Assembly (NCBI RefSeq): GCF_006345805.1
Contig: NW_021835946.1
Coordinates: forward strand, 1-37,906
Reading direction: 5' to 3'
DNA from: Octopus sinensis
Taxonomy: Eukaryota
Length of the DNA: 37,906 bases
Positions 35,496 to 37,906 of this stretch are shown here, piece after piece. The notes beneath the pieces were generated by a model, which worked only from the letters and a program-made list of their open reading frames with translations, was not told where the DNA came from and did no database searches. Numbering within the stretch: position 1 is the first letter of the stretch; each line of letters starts with the position of its first letter. The translations under genes were made by a program, and so were the position numbers.

Positions 35496-36116
35496 AAGGC
35501 GGCGAGCTGGCAGAATCGTTAGCATGCCGGGCGAAATGCTTAGCCGTATTTCGTCTGCCGTTACGTCCTGAGTTCAAATTCCGCCGAGATCGACTTTGCC
35601 TTTCATCCTATCAAGGTCGATAAATTAAGTACCAGTTACGCATTGGGGTCGATATAATCAATTTAATCCGTTTGTCTGTCCTTGTTTGTCCTCTCTATGT
35701 CTAGCCCCTTGTGAGTAGTAAAGAAATAGGTATTTCGTCTACCGCTACGTTCTGAGTTCAAATTCCGCCGAGGTCGACTTTGCCTTTCATCCTTTCGAAG
35801 GAGGTCGATTAAATAAGTACCAGTTACGCACTGGGGTCGATGTAATCGACTTGATCCCTTGGTCTGTCCTTGTTTGTCCCCTCTATATTTAGCTCCTTGT
35901 GGGCAATAAAGAAATAAGAAATGTTAGGAAGACGGGAAAAATACTTCGAAGCATTTCGTCTGTCTTCGTGTTCTGACTTCAAATTCCGCTGAGGTCTACT
36001 TTGTCTTTTATTCTTTCAGGGTCGATAAAATAAGTACCGGTTGAGTACAGAGCTCAATATAACTAGCTTACACTTACCTCGAAATTGCTGGCCTTGTAGG
36101 AAAATTTGAAACCAAT
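35496..36116 (+). mobile_element. SINE family B array (two young units plus one old unit)
   Basis: Units at 35546 and 35730 (184 bp), then tail aataagaa joined to a diverged unit ending gccttgtaggaaaatttgaaaccaat. Confidence 0.9.
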
Positions 36117-36409
36117 AAATAACACCAACTGAGTGTCAAGAGAAAGTGATAATGCTCCGGCGTACGTCGTTATCTTATCTAATGCTTTTCAATTTGAGCA
36201 TAAGGCCAACGATTTTTAGGCGAGAGAGTGAGTCGGTACTATTGACTAGTACTTCATTTTCACGACTTCGTTAAAATGAATTTGAACTCAAAATATAAAC
36301 AAACAAATAAACAATATGGGAATACTCATAAAGTAATCTTAAATACTGGTTATTTCTCTTGCAATTTAAATTTGTTGTTTCAGGTCTATGTTTGCGGGGC
36401 ATTGGACCA

Positions 36410-36836
36410 GGTGTTTGCTTACTCACCAAAAATGCAACCCCACAAGTCGAAAAGTGCAACCGCCCCAACTGCGGGACATGTATCTTCCTCTTAGAGAGCT
36501 CAACATACAATTTAAGTCAGGTCAAACTTTTACCATAAAAAATCACTTCACCTGTGCTTCAAAGACCTTAATCTATGTTCTCAAATGTGGAGGGCGTGGC
36601 GGAGATTACATAGGTCAAACTAGTTTGACCGTTAGGAACAGACTAACGCTACACAGGCAACAAATCTGGGACCTTACGACCAGATAAATTCCCGTAAGCA
36701 AACCCCGCAAACATAAACACAAAATATCAAATATTCACCCTCTATCAATGCACTCGAAACACTTCAACCCAATTCCGTTAAAATAAAGAAAGCATTTTCC
36801 ATGAAAAAATATGAACTACAGCTGAATATCCTTTAG
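36410..36836 (+). mobile_element. Penelope-like element GIY-YIG endonuclease remnant
   Basis: KCNRPNCGTC cysteine motif, then FTIKNHFTCASKTLIYVLKC...DYIGQT...RNRLTLHRQQI and a terminal KESIF...KKYELQLN. Frameshifts and a stop. Confidence 0.85.
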
Positions 36837-37301
36837 AAAGAAGAAAAAAACACTAAAGAGGAAAAGATAAAAAGACCCAATTTCTCCACAAAAAATAACC
36901 TGATCATCGTGTTACTTCGTGTTGCTTCGGTCGTGTTCCTTTAATGAAAAGAATTATTACTGTTGTTATTGTTACTGTTGTTCATGTTATTATTACCTTC
37001 TATTTTTTTTTATTTCTCTAATAGCTTCTTATTCTTTTCGTTATTCTATTTCCTTTCCCCATGCAGGAATTCTTAATATTTTGTTTCCATTTCTATATAC
37101 GTCATTTTACACCTCTATTTAAGTATTTATCAAACTTTTAGTCTCTATCGCAATAAGTCTCAATCCATCACCATCTATTCGTCATCCTATTGCATCTCCA
37201 TAATTCTATATACGCAGATGTGTGTCTACACGAATGTGTGCAGATATGTACGTATGTTCAAGATATCTCGGTCGTAGAGCTTTATACGTATATATATTCT
37301 T

Positions 37302-37735
37302 CTTAATCCTTCTTGCCCCTTGCGGAGCAGAGAGCCTCAACAGTTGTTTTCAACTTTTTTTTGCGGTCGTTAGCGTGTTTCTTGACTGCTTCCCATGTCA
37401 GGCCAGTGGTCCTGAGCTCGTCCAAAATGCTCCGCTTCCATGTCTAGTTCGGGCGTCCTCTCTTCCTTTTTCCCTGCGGGTTCCAGTCAAGTGCTTGTCG
37501 TGTCATATTTGAGGGTTCTTTCCGCAGTGTGTGTCCGATCCATCTCCATTTCCTTCGTCTCATCTGAAGATGTATGGGCTCCTAGTTGGCCCTTTCCCAC
37601 AGGTTGGTGTTTGGCACTCTGTGGAACCAATTCAGATGGAGGATCTGCCGGAGACATTTGTTGACGTAGGTCTAAATCTTCTAGTAATTGCTGCAGGTGG
37701 ATCTCCATGTTTCAGAGCCATACAAAAGCACAGAT
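37302..37735 (-). mobile_element. 5'-truncated RTE-clade LINE (family 2) 3' end
   Basis: SVLLYGSETW...[14 protein letters not shown]...[15 protein letters not shown]...EALCSARG, with frameshifts. Confidence 0.9.
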
Positions 37736-37739
37736 TATA

Positions 37740-37873
37740 AATATAAATATATTTTTTATATATATATATATTATATAAATATATATATATATATATGTAT
37801 GTATGTATTATGTATGTATTTATATATATATATATATGTATATGTATATATATATATATGTATGTATGTATGT

Positions 37874-37904
<31 letters not shown>

Positions 37905-37906
37905 TG
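37740..37906. repeat. (TA)n/(TATG)n microsatellite
   Basis: Directly visible. Confidence 0.95.

Overview
AT-rich, extremely repeat-dense eukaryotic DNA, either intronic or intergenic. The SINE families and the microsatellite load match what I recall of Octopus (coleoid cephalopod) genomes; the species assignment is inference. I find no intact protein-coding gene. Nearly all ORFs in the track come from microsatellites or cryptic triplet arrays; the rest are decayed transposon ORFs. The transposon ORFs are three RTE-clade LINE families, a Penelope-like GIY-YIG endonuclease remnant, a mariner transposase N-terminus and faint CR1-like remnants. At least three tRNA-derived SINE families are present (my labels A, B and C/D), plus pogo/Tigger-type MITEs. 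Main points: (1) A 128-bp insertion flanked by a 16-bp direct repeat consists almost entirely of a minimal hammerhead-ribozyme-like motif with a compensatory U3-A8 core pair, followed by a 48-nt GT-AG mini-intron. Two further short Penelope-type segments carry related motifs. (2) SINE family B forms multimers with an exact 184-bp unit and fixed junctions, and one trimer is enclosed by a single 16-bp TSD. (3) A GC-rich RTE copy with a C-terminal C2H2 zinc finger sits between (TA)n tracts. All calls come from manual reading; no database searches were run.
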